Shown here in pieces: positions 40,669-49,920 of a DNA stretch of 64,000 nt. Location: the NCBI GenBank assembly GCA_047602425.1, contig JASGHG010000001.1, forward strand, positions 4,672,001 to 4,736,000, written 5' to 3'. The translations under genes were made by a program, and so were the position numbers. Numbering within the stretch: the first letter of the stretch is position 1; the number at the start of each line of letters is the position of its first letter. The notes under the pieces were generated by a model. The model searched no databases. It was given only the letters and a program-made list of their open reading frames with translations, and was not told where the DNA came from. The DNA comes from Nibricoccus sp. Lineage in GTDB: Bacteria; Verrucomicrobiota; Verrucomicrobiia; Opitutales; Opitutaceae.

Positions 40669-42477
40669 ATGCCAGAATACCTAGCGCCCGGAGTGTTCGT
40701 TGAAGAGACAAGCTTCCGGAGCAAATCCATCGAAGGAGTAAGCACCAGCACCACCGCGTTTGTCGGGCCCACCCGTCGTGGTCCCGTTAACGAGATTCCT
40801 GAACTCCTCACCAGCTTCGCAGACTTCGAGCGCATCTACGGTGGTGTGGATGATCTCGGCAGCGGCTCGACCGCCAAAACCAACTATCTCGCCCACGCGG
40901 TCACGGCCTATTTCAACGAAGGTGGCGCTCGCCTCTATGTGGCCCGCGCCTTCCCGATCACCGGCACGCTCACCGAACCGGATCCGTTTGCCACGAGCCC
41001 CAGCGCGGGCACCCCGGCCAAGGCCTACGCCACCGTGGTGATTCCCGCTTCGGGTTCGGGCAGTTCCGCGGTGCCTGCAGCCAATGTCGGTCACTTCCAA
41101 GCGCGCTTTCCTGGTGCAGCCTACAATGGGAAAATCACCGTCGTCCAACGTGCCGCTTTGTCTTCGGTGGACGCGGCTAAAAAAGCCATCGACGGCAGCT
41201 TGTTCCGTGTGACGGTGACGACTGGTTCTGGTAGCAGCGCCACCACCACTGTCACTTTTTTCACAAAGAAAGGTGCGGTTTTCACCGGCGCGTCCTCCTC
41301 CGATGCATTCCCCAGCGCCGATGCGGCCGGCACGGCGATCGAGCTCCTGACTCTTGACGTGATCACGGAGGACGATCGTGGCGAACCACTTGGTACCTAC
41401 GAAGGCCTCGGTTACCATCCCGATCACAAGCTCTACATCGGCTGGGTGCTCGCCATCGACCAAAACAAGCGCGCCGACCATCTCTCCACTTCGTTTGCGT
41501 TCAAGCCGGCATCGACCAGCATCACGGCGTTTCAGCTGCAAAAAGTTTTCGAGCCCGCCAGTGGCACGACGTCGAAGACCTTTACCTTGGCCAATGGAAC
41601 CGAGCCGACTTACACGAAAAACGATTTCGACGCCGCGCTTTCGATCATCGAGGGCATCGACGATGTCTCCATCGTGGCCGCGCCCGGACATACCACGATC
41701 GATACCGCCATTGCCAATTCGCTTGTCACGCACGCCGAGAAGCGTCGCTCCTATCGGATCGCCGTCCTGGAAACGCCGAAGAGCCTGCTGCCGACCGGCG
41801 CCCGCGACTATAAGGCCAAGATCGATTCGAAGTACGCCGCGCTCTATTATCCATGGGTCGTTGCGCCGAACCCTAACTTTGATCCAAACAACCAGAACAC
41901 GGATGCTGAGGTCGTTCTCCCGCCTTCCGGTTTCGTTTGCGGCATCTATGCCCGTAACGACATCGAGCGCGGCGTGCACAAGGCTCCCGCCAACGAAGTC
42001 GTTCGCACCGCCTTGCGCTTCGAACGCCTCGTCAACACCGGGGAACAGGAAATTCTCAATCCTGCCGGTGTGAATTGCCTGCGCTACTTCGCCGGCCGCG
42101 GCAATCGCGTCTGGGGCGCCCGCACCACGTCGTCCGACCCCGAGTGGAAGTACGTCAATATTCGCCGCTACTTCAATTACCTAGAGCACTCCATCGACGT
42201 CGGCACGCAATGGGCGGTCTTCGAGGGTAACGGCGAACGTCTCTGGTCCAACGTCCGCGATACGGTCACGGGTTTTCTTTTCAACGAATGGGTCAACGGC
42301 GCCCTTCTCGGCGACAAGCCCGAGCAGGCCTTCTTCGTGAAATGCGACCGTTCCACCATGACCCAAAACGACCTCGATAACGGCCGTCTCATCTGCCTCA
42401 TCGGCGTCGCGGCGATCAAGCCCGCTGAATTCGTCATCTTCCGCATCGGCCAAAAGACCGCCGATGCCCGTTCCTAA
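40669..42477 (+). CDS. Contractile tail sheath protein (Afp2/3-like)
   Basis: MPEYLAPGVFVEE, AALYYPWV, RGVHKAPANE, GVNCLR, VWGART, WKYVNIRR and PAEFVIFRI motifs. Confidence 0.96.
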   Translation: MPEYLAPGVFVEETSFRSKSIEGVSTSTTAFVGPTRRGPVNEIPELLTSFADFERIYGGVDDLGSGSTAKTNYLAHAVTAYFNEGGARLYVARAFPITGTLTEPDPFATSPSAGTPAKAYATVVIPASGSGSSAVPAANVGHFQARFPGAAYNGKITVVQRAALSSVDAAKKAIDGSLFRVTVTTGSGSSATTTVTFFTKKGAVFTGASSSDAFPSADAAGTAIELLTLDVITEDDRGEPLGTYEGLGYHPDHKLYIGWVLAIDQNKRADHLSTSFAFKPASTSITAFQLQKVFEPASGTTSKTFTLANGTEPTYTKNDFDAALSIIEGIDDVSIVAAPGHTTIDTAIANSLVTHAEKRRSYRIAVLETPKSLLPTGARDYKAKIDSKYAALYYPWVVAPNPNFDPNNQNTDAEVVLPPSGFVCGIYARNDIERGVHKAPANEVVRTALRFERLVNTGEQEILNPAGVNCLRYFAGRGNRVWGARTTSSDPEWKYVNIRRYFNYLEHSIDVGTQWAVFEGNGERLWSNVRDTVTGFLFNEWVNGALLGDKPEQAFFVKCDRSTMTQNDLDNGRLICLIGVAAIKPAEFVIFRIGQKTADARS

Positions 42478-42504
42478 ACTAATCGCTTTAACCAAAGGTA
42501 AACC

Positions 42505-42954
42505 ATGCCTCGCAGCACTCCCTACGGCGCCTTCAACTTCTCCGTAAACCTCAATTCCCCCGGCGTCGATCCGGCCTCCGAGCTCGGCGGCTTTTCCGAC
42601 GTCTCCGGCCTCGTCACTGAATCGGTCGTTGCCGAATATCGCAACGGCAACGCCAAGGAAAACCACGTCAAAAAAATCCCGCTGATGCACAAGGTGGGCG
42701 ACGTCACGCTCAAACGCGGCGTCGTCGACTCGACCGAATTCTTTGCGTGGATCAAGGACACGCGTGAAAAGGGCTACTCCTCCAAACGCGATGTCGTCAT
42801 CACGCTTCGCGACGAGACCGGCGCCGATGTCCGCAAATGGAAACTCCAAAGCGTACTCCCGCTCAAATACACCGGCCCAACTCTCGCCGGTAAAGGTGGC
42901 GATGTCGCGATGGAGGAACTCGTCCTCTCCTCCGAAGGCATGGTGATCGAGTAA
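42505..42954 (+). CDS. Tail tube protein (T4 gp19/Afp1-like)
   Basis: PYGAFNF.V, GGFSDVSGL, EYRNGN, DVTLKRGV, P.KYTGP.L and VAMEEL motifs. Confidence 0.93.
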   Translation: MPRSTPYGAFNFSVNLNSPGVDPASELGGFSDVSGLVTESVVAEYRNGNAKENHVKKIPLMHKVGDVTLKRGVVDSTEFFAWIKDTREKGYSSKRDVVITLRDETGADVRKWKLQSVLPLKYTGPTLAGKGGDVAMEELVLSSEGMVIE

Positions 42955-42968
42955 GTCCGCACTCTGTC

Positions 42969-44540
42969 ATGTCAGGCCTCCTCTTCAAGGACGCGCAGCC
43001 TGCTGCGACGTCGTCGCCAAATCGCGCCGACGTCGTCTGCTTCATCGGCTTCGTCGGGCGCCGTGCCACGCCGCTATCCTCGCGCCTCAAGTCCTGGCTT
43101 CAGGACCAAGGCTGGCGGCCGCGCGGCACGCTCGTGCCCGACTTCGATCCGTTGTTCAACACGCCCGTTCCGCTGGAGAGTTTTGAGGCCTTTGATCGCC
43201 TGTTCGAATGGGAAACACGCCCGCCCCAACCGCATGCGTTTTCCTACACAACGTGGTTAGGCGCCGCCGTGCGCTCATTCTTCCGTCAAGGTGGCGCACG
43301 CTGTCACGTTGTGCGTATCGACAATCCGGTTACGTACAAAACCCTCGCCATCTCGGCTTCAGCCGCGGAGAAAGCGGCTTTTGTGGCCAGCCAGCAGGTT
43401 CGTCTCAACCAGTTGCTTCCCGGATTTGTCGGCGGCACTGAGACTCCGACTCCCGCGGATCCTGCAACGTGGAAAGGCCTCGGCGTTCTCCTCGGTCTCG
43501 ACGAAGCCGCCTTCGTCTGCCTGCCCGATTTGCCCGAACTCGTTGCGGACACAGCGCTCGAACCCGCGGGCCTCGCGCCGGTCGAGCCGGGTCCGGAGGT
43601 TTTTGTCGACTACACGCCGGAAGTTGTCCTGCCGAAGGACGAGGTTCGTCAGATTTCCTCGTCACCGGCCTGCACCGAAGCTGGTTATCTCACGTGGCGC
43701 CGTGCGGTCCGTTACGCTGCAAGCTTCATCCGCGACCGACGCCGCGATGTCGAATTGGTTTTGACGCTCCCGCTGCCATCGCCCGATCTCACGCGCAATT
43801 ACACGAGCAATCTCGATCTCGCCAGTGGCGTGCTTGGGCTCGGAAAAACGCTCGACGAAAACGATGGCATCGCCAGCGCATTTCTTCAGCTGGCTTACCC
43901 TTGGGTGTTGACGCCCGGCGCCGAGGCGCTACCTGGCGGACTCGAACCACCCGACGGCGTCTTTTCCGGCGTGCTCGCCCGCGCCATTCCTGAACTCGGG
44001 ATCGCCCACAGCGTAGGCCGTCAGTTTCTCCATGGAGTCCATGGCTTCGAACCCAAACTCACCGGTTCCGATTTGGAATTGGACACGCCGAAAACTGGAG
44101 CCCCCGCTTTGATCTATCGCGTCTCGCTGCTTGGCCAGACGCCCGACGGCAATCGAGTCCTTTCCGACGTCACCACGAGCAAAAGCGAAACCCATCGTCC
44201 CGCTCCAGTCGGACGGCTCACTGCCGCGATCCTGCGCACCTCGCGCCACCTTGGCGAAAGCGTCACTTTTGAGCCCGCTGGCACGGCGCTTTGGGAAAAA
44301 ATTCGCGCTCAACTGGAGCGTTTGCTTGGCGACTTCTATGCCGCCGGAGCGCTGCTCGGCACGTCGACCGAGGAGGCGTATTCAGTTCGTTGCGACGAAT
44401 CCACTACGAACCAAAACGACATCGACAACGGCCGTGTGATCGCGGAGGTCCGTTTCGCGCCGGCTCATCCCGTTGGGCTCATCACGGTCATTCTTTCTCT
44501 CCGCGAAGGCACTGTCACCGCCGTCGGCTCACCCGCCTGA
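42969..44540 (+). CDS. Second, divergent sheath protein (Afp4-like sheath initiator)
   Basis: RADVVCFIG, AVRSFFRQGG..CHVVR, AYPWV, FEP, AYSVRCDESTT.QNDIDNGRVIAEV.FAP motifs. Confidence 0.85.
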   Translation: MSGLLFKDAQPAATSSPNRADVVCFIGFVGRRATPLSSRLKSWLQDQGWRPRGTLVPDFDPLFNTPVPLESFEAFDRLFEWETRPPQPHAFSYTTWLGAAVRSFFRQGGARCHVVRIDNPVTYKTLAISASAAEKAAFVASQQVRLNQLLPGFVGGTETPTPADPATWKGLGVLLGLDEAAFVCLPDLPELVADTALEPAGLAPVEPGPEVFVDYTPEVVLPKDEVRQISSSPACTEAGYLTWRRAVRYAASFIRDRRRDVELVLTLPLPSPDLTRNYTSNLDLASGVLGLGKTLDENDGIASAFLQLAYPWVLTPGAEALPGGLEPPDGVFSGVLARAIPELGIAHSVGRQFLHGVHGFEPKLTGSDLELDTPKTGAPALIYRVSLLGQTPDGNRVLSDVTTSKSETHRPAPVGRLTAAILRTSRHLGESVTFEPAGTALWEKIRAQLERLLGDFYAAGALLGTSTEEAYSVRCDESTTNQNDIDNGRVIAEVRFAPAHPVGLITVILSLREGTVTAVGSPA

Positions 44541-44545
44541 TCATC

Positions 44546-45052
44546 ATGCCTGACTTTGAAACACCGCCTGTTGGAAATTTCCGCTACGAACTGGTTTTCT
44601 CCGAGAACCGTTTGAAAAGCGACGGCGCCCTGCCCAACAGCGAAAAAGGCGTGGCTGGTGGCGCGTTCGCCGAATGCAGCGGCCTTGAGGCAACCATGGA
44701 ACCCAAGGTGATCAAGGAAGGCGGTCTTAATTACGGAACGCATCAGCGCGTGGGCACCGTTTCTTTCGCCACGGTTATTCTCCGTCGCGGAATGACCACC
44801 AACACCGACCTCTGGAAATGGTTTCTCAAGGTCACGCTTTCCGGCGCCTACACCCACCGCATGGACGTGAAAATCCGTCACCTCGATTTTGATGGGACAA
44901 CGGTTATCCGCACGTGGCAACTCGACCGGGCTTTACCCGTGAAATTCAAATCCTCCGACCTGAACGCCAAGAGCGGAGAAATCGCCATCGAAGAGCTTCA
45001 TCTCGTTCACGAGGGCCTCGGCACTCCAATAAGCCATGATCGCTGTCCCTAA
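44546..45052 (+). CDS. Second tail tube protein (Afp5-like)
   Basis: True start probably MPDFETPP (44546); AFAECSGLE, EGGLN, VILRRGM, PVKFK..DLNA..GEIAIEEL.LVHEGL motifs. Confidence 0.88.
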   Translation: MPDFETPPVGNFRYELVFSENRLKSDGALPNSEKGVAGGAFAECSGLEATMEPKVIKEGGLNYGTHQRVGTVSFATVILRRGMTTNTDLWKWFLKVTLSGAYTHRMDVKIRHLDFDGTTVIRTWQLDRALPVKFKSSDLNAKSGEIAIEELHLVHEGLGTPISHDRCP

Positions 45053-46007
45053 CACCGTAAAAGCAAAGTTCTCCTACAACAGTTCTGCGGGAGCGCAGAG
45101 CTTCGACGTTAATTTTAATCCCTCCTCGCTCGACTATACCATTACCGCGAACAGTCAGGGCGACGGCGGCCATGCGCAGCAAACCACCGGTTCGGCCAGC
45201 GCGAAGCTCAACATGGAGCTCATCTTCGACACCACCGACACCGGTGACGATGTCCGCTCCAAGACCAACAAGGTCGAGCTCATGCTCCAGACCAGTCCCG
45301 GCACCGGCGATAACCCTCCGCCGCAAGTTCTAAGCGAAGTCACCTTCGAATGGGGCGCGTTTCATTTCATCGGCATCGTCGACTCGTTCAAGCAGACGAT
45401 GGATTTCTTTTCGCCCAACGGCATTCCGCTGCGCGCCGTTGTCACGCTTTCGATGGCGCAAAACGCCTATAAATTCGACCAGCAGGGCTCCGGCCAAACC
45501 GCCAACGTTGATCAAACTCTCGACGTTGCCGGTGGAAGCCCTTCCGACCTCGCCGCCGCTGCTGGCGATCCAACCGGCGCCCGCGGCATCGCCAGCGCCA
45601 ATGGACTCGAAAGCCTTCGTGCCGGAGTTTCGGGCGGCATCTCCGTTGGCGGTGGCGTCTCGATCGGTGCCGCCGCCTCATTCTCCGCTGGGGCCAGCGC
45701 CAACGCCGGCCTTGGTGCTGGCCTTGGGTTCGGTGCCTCGGCTGGAGCTGGCGTTGGCCTCTCAACCGGTGCAGGCATTTCCGCCGGTGTTTCCGCGAGC
45801 GCCGGCGCCTTCAGTGAACTCCACACCGAAGCCACCGCCGTCGGGGGAAAATATCTCGACGCCTCGCGTTTGCTTGCGACGGCTTCCGCCCCCGGCGTCG
45901 CTCCCGGTGCGCTTTTCGATGTCACCGGCAAAGCTATTGCCCAAAGTTCCAGCACCTTTAAAGCCGAAGTCGGCGCCACCAGCGGGCTTCGCTTCGACGA
46001 CAATTAA
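45036..46007 (+). CDS. CIS tube initiator (Afp7-like) with degenerate LysM and Gly/Ala/Ser-rich tail
   Basis: VNFNPSSL, L.MELIFDTT, VTFEWG.F.F.G and FFSPNGIPLRA.V.L motifs; LysM-like DLAAAAGDP..ARGIASANGL. Confidence 0.82.
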   Translation: MIAVPNTVKAKFSYNSSAGAQSFDVNFNPSSLDYTITANSQGDGGHAQQTTGSASAKLNMELIFDTTDTGDDVRSKTNKVELMLQTSPGTGDNPPPQVLSEVTFEWGAFHFIGIVDSFKQTMDFFSPNGIPLRAVVTLSMAQNAYKFDQQGSGQTANVDQTLDVAGGSPSDLAAAAGDPTGARGIASANGLESLRAGVSGGISVGGGVSIGAAASFSAGASANAGLGAGLGFGASAGAGVGLSTGAGISAGVSASAGAFSELHTEATAVGGKYLDASRLLATASAPGVAPGALFDVTGKAIAQSSSTFKAEVGATSGLRFDDN

Positions 46008-46009
46008 CC

Positions 46010-46177
46010 ATGGCCATCATTTTCGACGAAGTCTCAGCGGAAATCGCTCCGCCTGTTCCCACCACCGGCGCCGCCGACCGGCAGGGTGATGCGAACGTGC
46101 CTCCCACCGATCCACAAGCCGTCTTGCGCGAACTCCAACGTATCGCCGAACGGGCCGCCCGTTTGAACGCTGATTAA
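46010..46177 (+). CDS. Small 55-aa CIS protein (possible Afp6/plug analogue)
   Basis: Below the ORF-track cut-off: MAIIFDEVSAEIAPPVPTTGAADRQGDANVPPTDPQAVLRELQRIAERAARLNAD*; fills the gap with 2- and 6-nt spacers. Confidence 0.7.
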   Translation: MAIIFDEVSAEIAPPVPTTGAADRQGDANVPPTDPQAVLRELQRIAERAARLNAD

Positions 46178-46183
46178 GCCGCC

Positions 46184-47266
46184 ATGCCTCCTCCTGCCGA
46201 TACCGAACGCACCTACGTCGCCAATCCGACCGTCCGACTCGACGGTCAGGAAAACGAACGCATGGCGGCGCTCATCACCTCCATGGTGATGAACGAACAG
46301 GAGGGCGGGCTCTCTTCGCTCGAGCTTCGACTCACCAACTCCGCGTCGCTCCGCGGGGGCGGTGCTGAATACGCCTTCGACGTCGGTGGCGAACTGGCTT
46401 TTGGCGCCGAGATCGTCATTGGCGCCGGCGACACTGCGGCGCCTGTCGAAATTTTCCGCGGCATCGTCACAGGGCTGGAAGGCATTTTCAACAAGGAGAC
46501 TCCGCCGGAAATCATCGTTCTTGCCGAAGACGCCCTGCAAAAAGCCCGCTGCAAACGCCGAACCAAAGTCTACGAAGACCAGTCGCTCGCCGATATCGCC
46601 CGCGCCATCGCAGGCGACCATGGTCTCACGCCGCAGATCGACGGTCTCGATCAAAACTTCGGAACCCAGGTGCAGCTCAACGAAACCGACCTTGGTTTCC
46701 TTCGCCGCCTCATTGCACGAGTTGATGCCGATCTCCAGATCGTCGGCAACAATCTGCAAATTTCACCGCGTGCCAATGTCCGCCGCGGAGAACTCGAACT
46801 CGCCCTGGGCGGAGAACTCAGGGCCGCCCGTGTCCTCGCCGACCTTGCCCATCAAATCACGAAATCCACCGTGAAAGGTTGGGATGTATCCGGTGGTTCG
46901 GTCATGGATGGCGAGGGCGCGGAAAATGCCCTCGGCCCCGGCGAAGGCAAAAAAGGCGGCGAAACTCTGTCCGATGCTCTCGGGGACCGCACGCATCACA
47001 GCTGCCACCACTTCACTTTCAATCAGGACGAAGTCGACGCCGTCGCCACCACGGTCCGCAACCGCCGCGCCCGCCGCTTCCTTCGGGTGCAGGGCGAGAC
47101 CACCGGCTCCCCCGCACTTCGGGTCGGTACGCATGTGAAGCTCACCGGCCTCAGTACTTGGTTTTCGAATACATTCTACGTCACGTCGGCGCGCCATCTC
47201 TTCGACCTGCGCTCCGGTTATCGCACCGAGTTTGAAGGTCAGTGCGCTTACCTCGGAGACACCTGA
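46184..47266 (+). CDS. Baseplate hub / phage late control D (VgrG gp27-like, Afp8 N-part)
   Basis: IF.G.VTGLE, AEDALQ, Q.NETDLGFLRRL..R, GWD and G.PALRVGT.V.L.GL...F...FYV..ARH.FD...GYRTEF motifs. Confidence 0.88.
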   Translation: MPPPADTERTYVANPTVRLDGQENERMAALITSMVMNEQEGGLSSLELRLTNSASLRGGGAEYAFDVGGELAFGAEIVIGAGDTAAPVEIFRGIVTGLEGIFNKETPPEIIVLAEDALQKARCKRRTKVYEDQSLADIARAIAGDHGLTPQIDGLDQNFGTQVQLNETDLGFLRRLIARVDADLQIVGNNLQISPRANVRRGELELALGGELRAARVLADLAHQITKSTVKGWDVSGGSVMDGEGAENALGPGEGKKGGETLSDALGDRTHHSCHHFTFNQDEVDAVATTVRNRRARRFLRVQGETTGSPALRVGTHVKLTGLSTWFSNTFYVTSARHLFDLRSGYRTEFEGQCAYLGDT

Positions 47267-47269
47267 CCC

Positions 47270-47947
47270 ATGCCCGCCATCGATTTACATTCCGATCCGG
47301 TTCATGCCTGCCATCTCGCCAAGGTGGTCAGCGTGCAAGATCCCGACAGCCTGGCCCGCGTCAAAGTGAAGCTCCTCACGGTCGATGGCGACGGCGAGGC
47401 CGAGATTTGGGCGCGCGTCGCCGTTCCTTTTGCGGGTGCCGACCGCGGTGCGCTTTTCATCCCCGATGTCGACGACGAGGTGCTCGTCACTTTTCTCGCC
47501 GGCGATTCACGCTTCCCCGTCGTGATCGGCGGCCTGTGGAATGGCGCACAAAACCCGCCCGAGCAATTCAGCGGCGATCGCGTGGATCGGTGGACCATCA
47601 CCGGCAAAGCCGGTACGCGCATAGCCATCGTCGAGGAAAGCGCCTCGTCGGCAAAAATCGAATTTTCCACGCCGAACGGCATCAAGGGCACGCTGACCGA
47701 CGAAAGCGGCGGCAGTATTAAGTTTGAGGATACAGGCGGCAACAGCATCACCATCGACTCTCAGGGCATCGCGCTTCAGGCCGCCTCGAAGGTCAAGGTC
47801 ACCGCCGGACAGGTCGAAGTTTCCGCCGGCATGGTGAAAGTGGACGCCGGCATGTCGAAATTTTCAGGCGTCGTGAAGTGCGATGTCCTTCAAGCCACAA
47901 CGGTTATCGCTTCAACCTACACCCCGGGAGCCGGCAACATATGGTAA
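47270..47947 (+). CDS. Spike / baseplate assembly protein V (gp5 OB-fold, Afp8 C-part)
   Basis: DPDSLARVKV, WARVAVPFAG..RG.LFIPDVDDEVLV.F..GD.R.PVVIGGLWNG; beta-helix-like C-terminus. Confidence 0.9.
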   Translation: MPAIDLHSDPVHACHLAKVVSVQDPDSLARVKVKLLTVDGDGEAEIWARVAVPFAGADRGALFIPDVDDEVLVTFLAGDSRFPVVIGGLWNGAQNPPEQFSGDRVDRWTITGKAGTRIAIVEESASSAKIEFSTPNGIKGTLTDESGGSIKFEDTGGNSITIDSQGIALQAASKVKVTAGQVEVSAGMVKVDAGMSKFSGVVKCDVLQATTVIASTYTPGAGNIW

Positions 47948-49533
47948 GCGTCGCCACAAAAGAAACTGACTGCGGCCACGAGGTCGAACTCCTCGGCGCC
48001 TGGCCCGTGCGTGGCGACGGCGCGCCTTCGATCATCGAGCGCAAAGACGAGGATTTTATCCCCGCTCTGCTTGAAGAACTCGCCGGCGAAAATCCGGCTT
48101 CGACGGTTCCAACCCATCGCCCCTCGGCGGACGGAAGCGTACTCCGTCTCTTCCAGCCCGTTCACCGTGTTTTCAACCTCGCGCTGCTTGAGGCCCATTG
48201 CACGACCTTCGGTACGCCGCGTCTCGACCCCCGCAAAATCGACTCCTCCGGGCTCGTCGTTCGCCGCATCCGCACCCAATCCGACGGCACTAAACGCTAC
48301 GATGCTTGGTGTGCCACGAAGAGCCGTGTGACCGGCTGGGTCGAGCTTCCGCCCTTCGACAGCGACGATCACCGCCGCGATCCGGACCCCGCCCGTCGTC
48401 CACAGCCTCGATACACCGCCGATCCCGCTTTTGACCGACGCCAGTTTGGCAGCAGCGACCGCACCGCCGAGGAAACTACTTCACTTTTTATCGCGCCACC
48501 CGAAACAGTTGCCACCACCACGCGCACTTTGCTGTATGGTGTGATTCCCGTCACCAGTTCCTCCCGTGCCGGCGCGATGCCGAAAGGTGACGCACCTTCT
48601 GCCGCCGACTGGGCCGCCCACCTTTCGCTCCTTCTTCGCGCCAACGCGAGTCCTGTCTTGCTCTGGCCCACCGACACTGCCGGACAGCGCGCCGAAAATC
48701 TCGTCCGCGACGACGTCAAAAACAACCCCGTCCTCTACCCTGACGCTAGCATCAACCCCGGCGCCTCGCGTTTCATCCTCCTCGTTCGCCAGCTGGCGCA
48801 AGAATTCAGTCTGCTCCGTCCGCTCAATCCAACCACGGGCGACAAGCTGATCGAAAAACTCAACGCCCTCACGATCACGCTGGTCGACGGCACCTCGCGC
48901 CCGGCCGGCTCTTACCTCAACGATGCCGCCAAACTCTACCTCGACCAACCTGAACCATCGCTCACGCTACCACGTCCGGCGACGTGGCCTGCTGTTACCG
49001 ACGCGCAGGCCAACGCGCTGTTCAATGTCCTTCAGGAAATCGCCGGCGAGACGGAGCTTTCGGTTTTCGCCGGGGAAAACGCCGGCGGGCGTTATGACGA
49101 CGTCACCGCTCATTATGTCGTTCGCGCCTTCATCCGCGTGAAGCGTCCCTGCGATTGTCCGCCGGAAATCGTGTGGAGCCCCTATAGCGAGGAATTCACC
49201 ATCGCTCCGTGGTTCGAATCCGGGCCGACGGGACCGGTGCCGGTGATTCTTCCGGATCTTACGCCTGATTTTTTCAAAAAAGCCCGTCCCAACGTCGCCT
49301 TCTCCGTGCCGGCGAAGCTGGCCAATTTTCTCAATCAGGATCCCAAGAAAATTCTCAAGGGCGAAGGCACCAACGGTTCGTCGCTCACCCTCGATTGGAT
49401 CTGCGGTTTCAACATCCCGATCATCACCATCTGCGCGTTCATCGTGCTCAACATCATCCTGGGCCTGCTGAACATCATCTTTTTTTGGCTCCCCTTCGTG
49501 AAGATCTGCATCCCCTTCCCCCGTAAAAAATGA
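47941..49533 (+). CDS. CIS-associated hypothetical protein with C-terminal membrane anchor
   Basis: Start MVSVATK overlaps the spike stop; ends WICGFNIPIITICAFIVLNIILGLLNIIFFWLPFVKICIPFPRKK. Confidence 0.7.
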   Translation: MVSVATKETDCGHEVELLGAWPVRGDGAPSIIERKDEDFIPALLEELAGENPASTVPTHRPSADGSVLRLFQPVHRVFNLALLEAHCTTFGTPRLDPRKIDSSGLVVRRIRTQSDGTKRYDAWCATKSRVTGWVELPPFDSDDHRRDPDPARRPQPRYTADPAFDRRQFGSSDRTAEETTSLFIAPPETVATTTRTLLYGVIPVTSSSRAGAMPKGDAPSAADWAAHLSLLLRANASPVLLWPTDTAGQRAENLVRDDVKNNPVLYPDASINPGASRFILLVRQLAQEFSLLRPLNPTTGDKLIEKLNALTITLVDGTSRPAGSYLNDAAKLYLDQPEPSLTLPRPATWPAVTDAQANALFNVLQEIAGETELSVFAGENAGGRYDDVTAHYVVRAFIRVKRPCDCPPEIVWSPYSEEFTIAPWFESGPTGPVPVILPDLTPDFFKKARPNVAFSVPAKLANFLNQDPKKILKGEGTNGSSLTLDWICGFNIPIITICAFIVLNIILGLLNIIFFWLPFVKICIPFPRKK

Positions 49534-49916
49534 GCGTTCCTCCACCCATCGGTTGGCCTTTGCTTCCGCTCCCTGACGAGGGCGGGCAACTCAATTGGCC
49601 CACGCTCGAACAAAGCGTCGCGCAACAAATCCGCGTTATTCTTCAGACGCGTCCTGGCGAACAGCTCATGCGTCCGTTGTGGGGCGCCGGTCTGGAGAAT
49701 TTTCTCCACGAGCCCAACACGCTCACCACGCATCGCCGTATTCGCGACGTCGTTGGTTCATCCCTCGCGCACTGGGAGCAGCGAATCATCGTGGACGATA
49801 TCTCCGTCGCCGCGCCGCCCGACCAACCCGGTCAGGTCCGCGTGGAAATCGCTTACCGTCTCCGCCGCACCGGCGCCTCCAGCCGTCTCGGCCTAACCCT
49901 CGAACTCGGAGCCTGA
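49530..49916 (+). CDS. GPW/gp25 family baseplate protein (Afp9-like)
   Basis: IRVILQTRPGEQLMRP.WGAGL..FL.EPN and L..WEQRI.V motifs. Confidence 0.92.
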   Translation: MSVPPPIGWPLLPLPDEGGQLNWPTLEQSVAQQIRVILQTRPGEQLMRPLWGAGLENFLHEPNTLTTHRRIRDVVGSSLAHWEQRIIVDDISVAAPPDQPGQVRVEIAYRLRRTGASSRLGLTLELGA

Positions 49917-49920
49917 CCCG

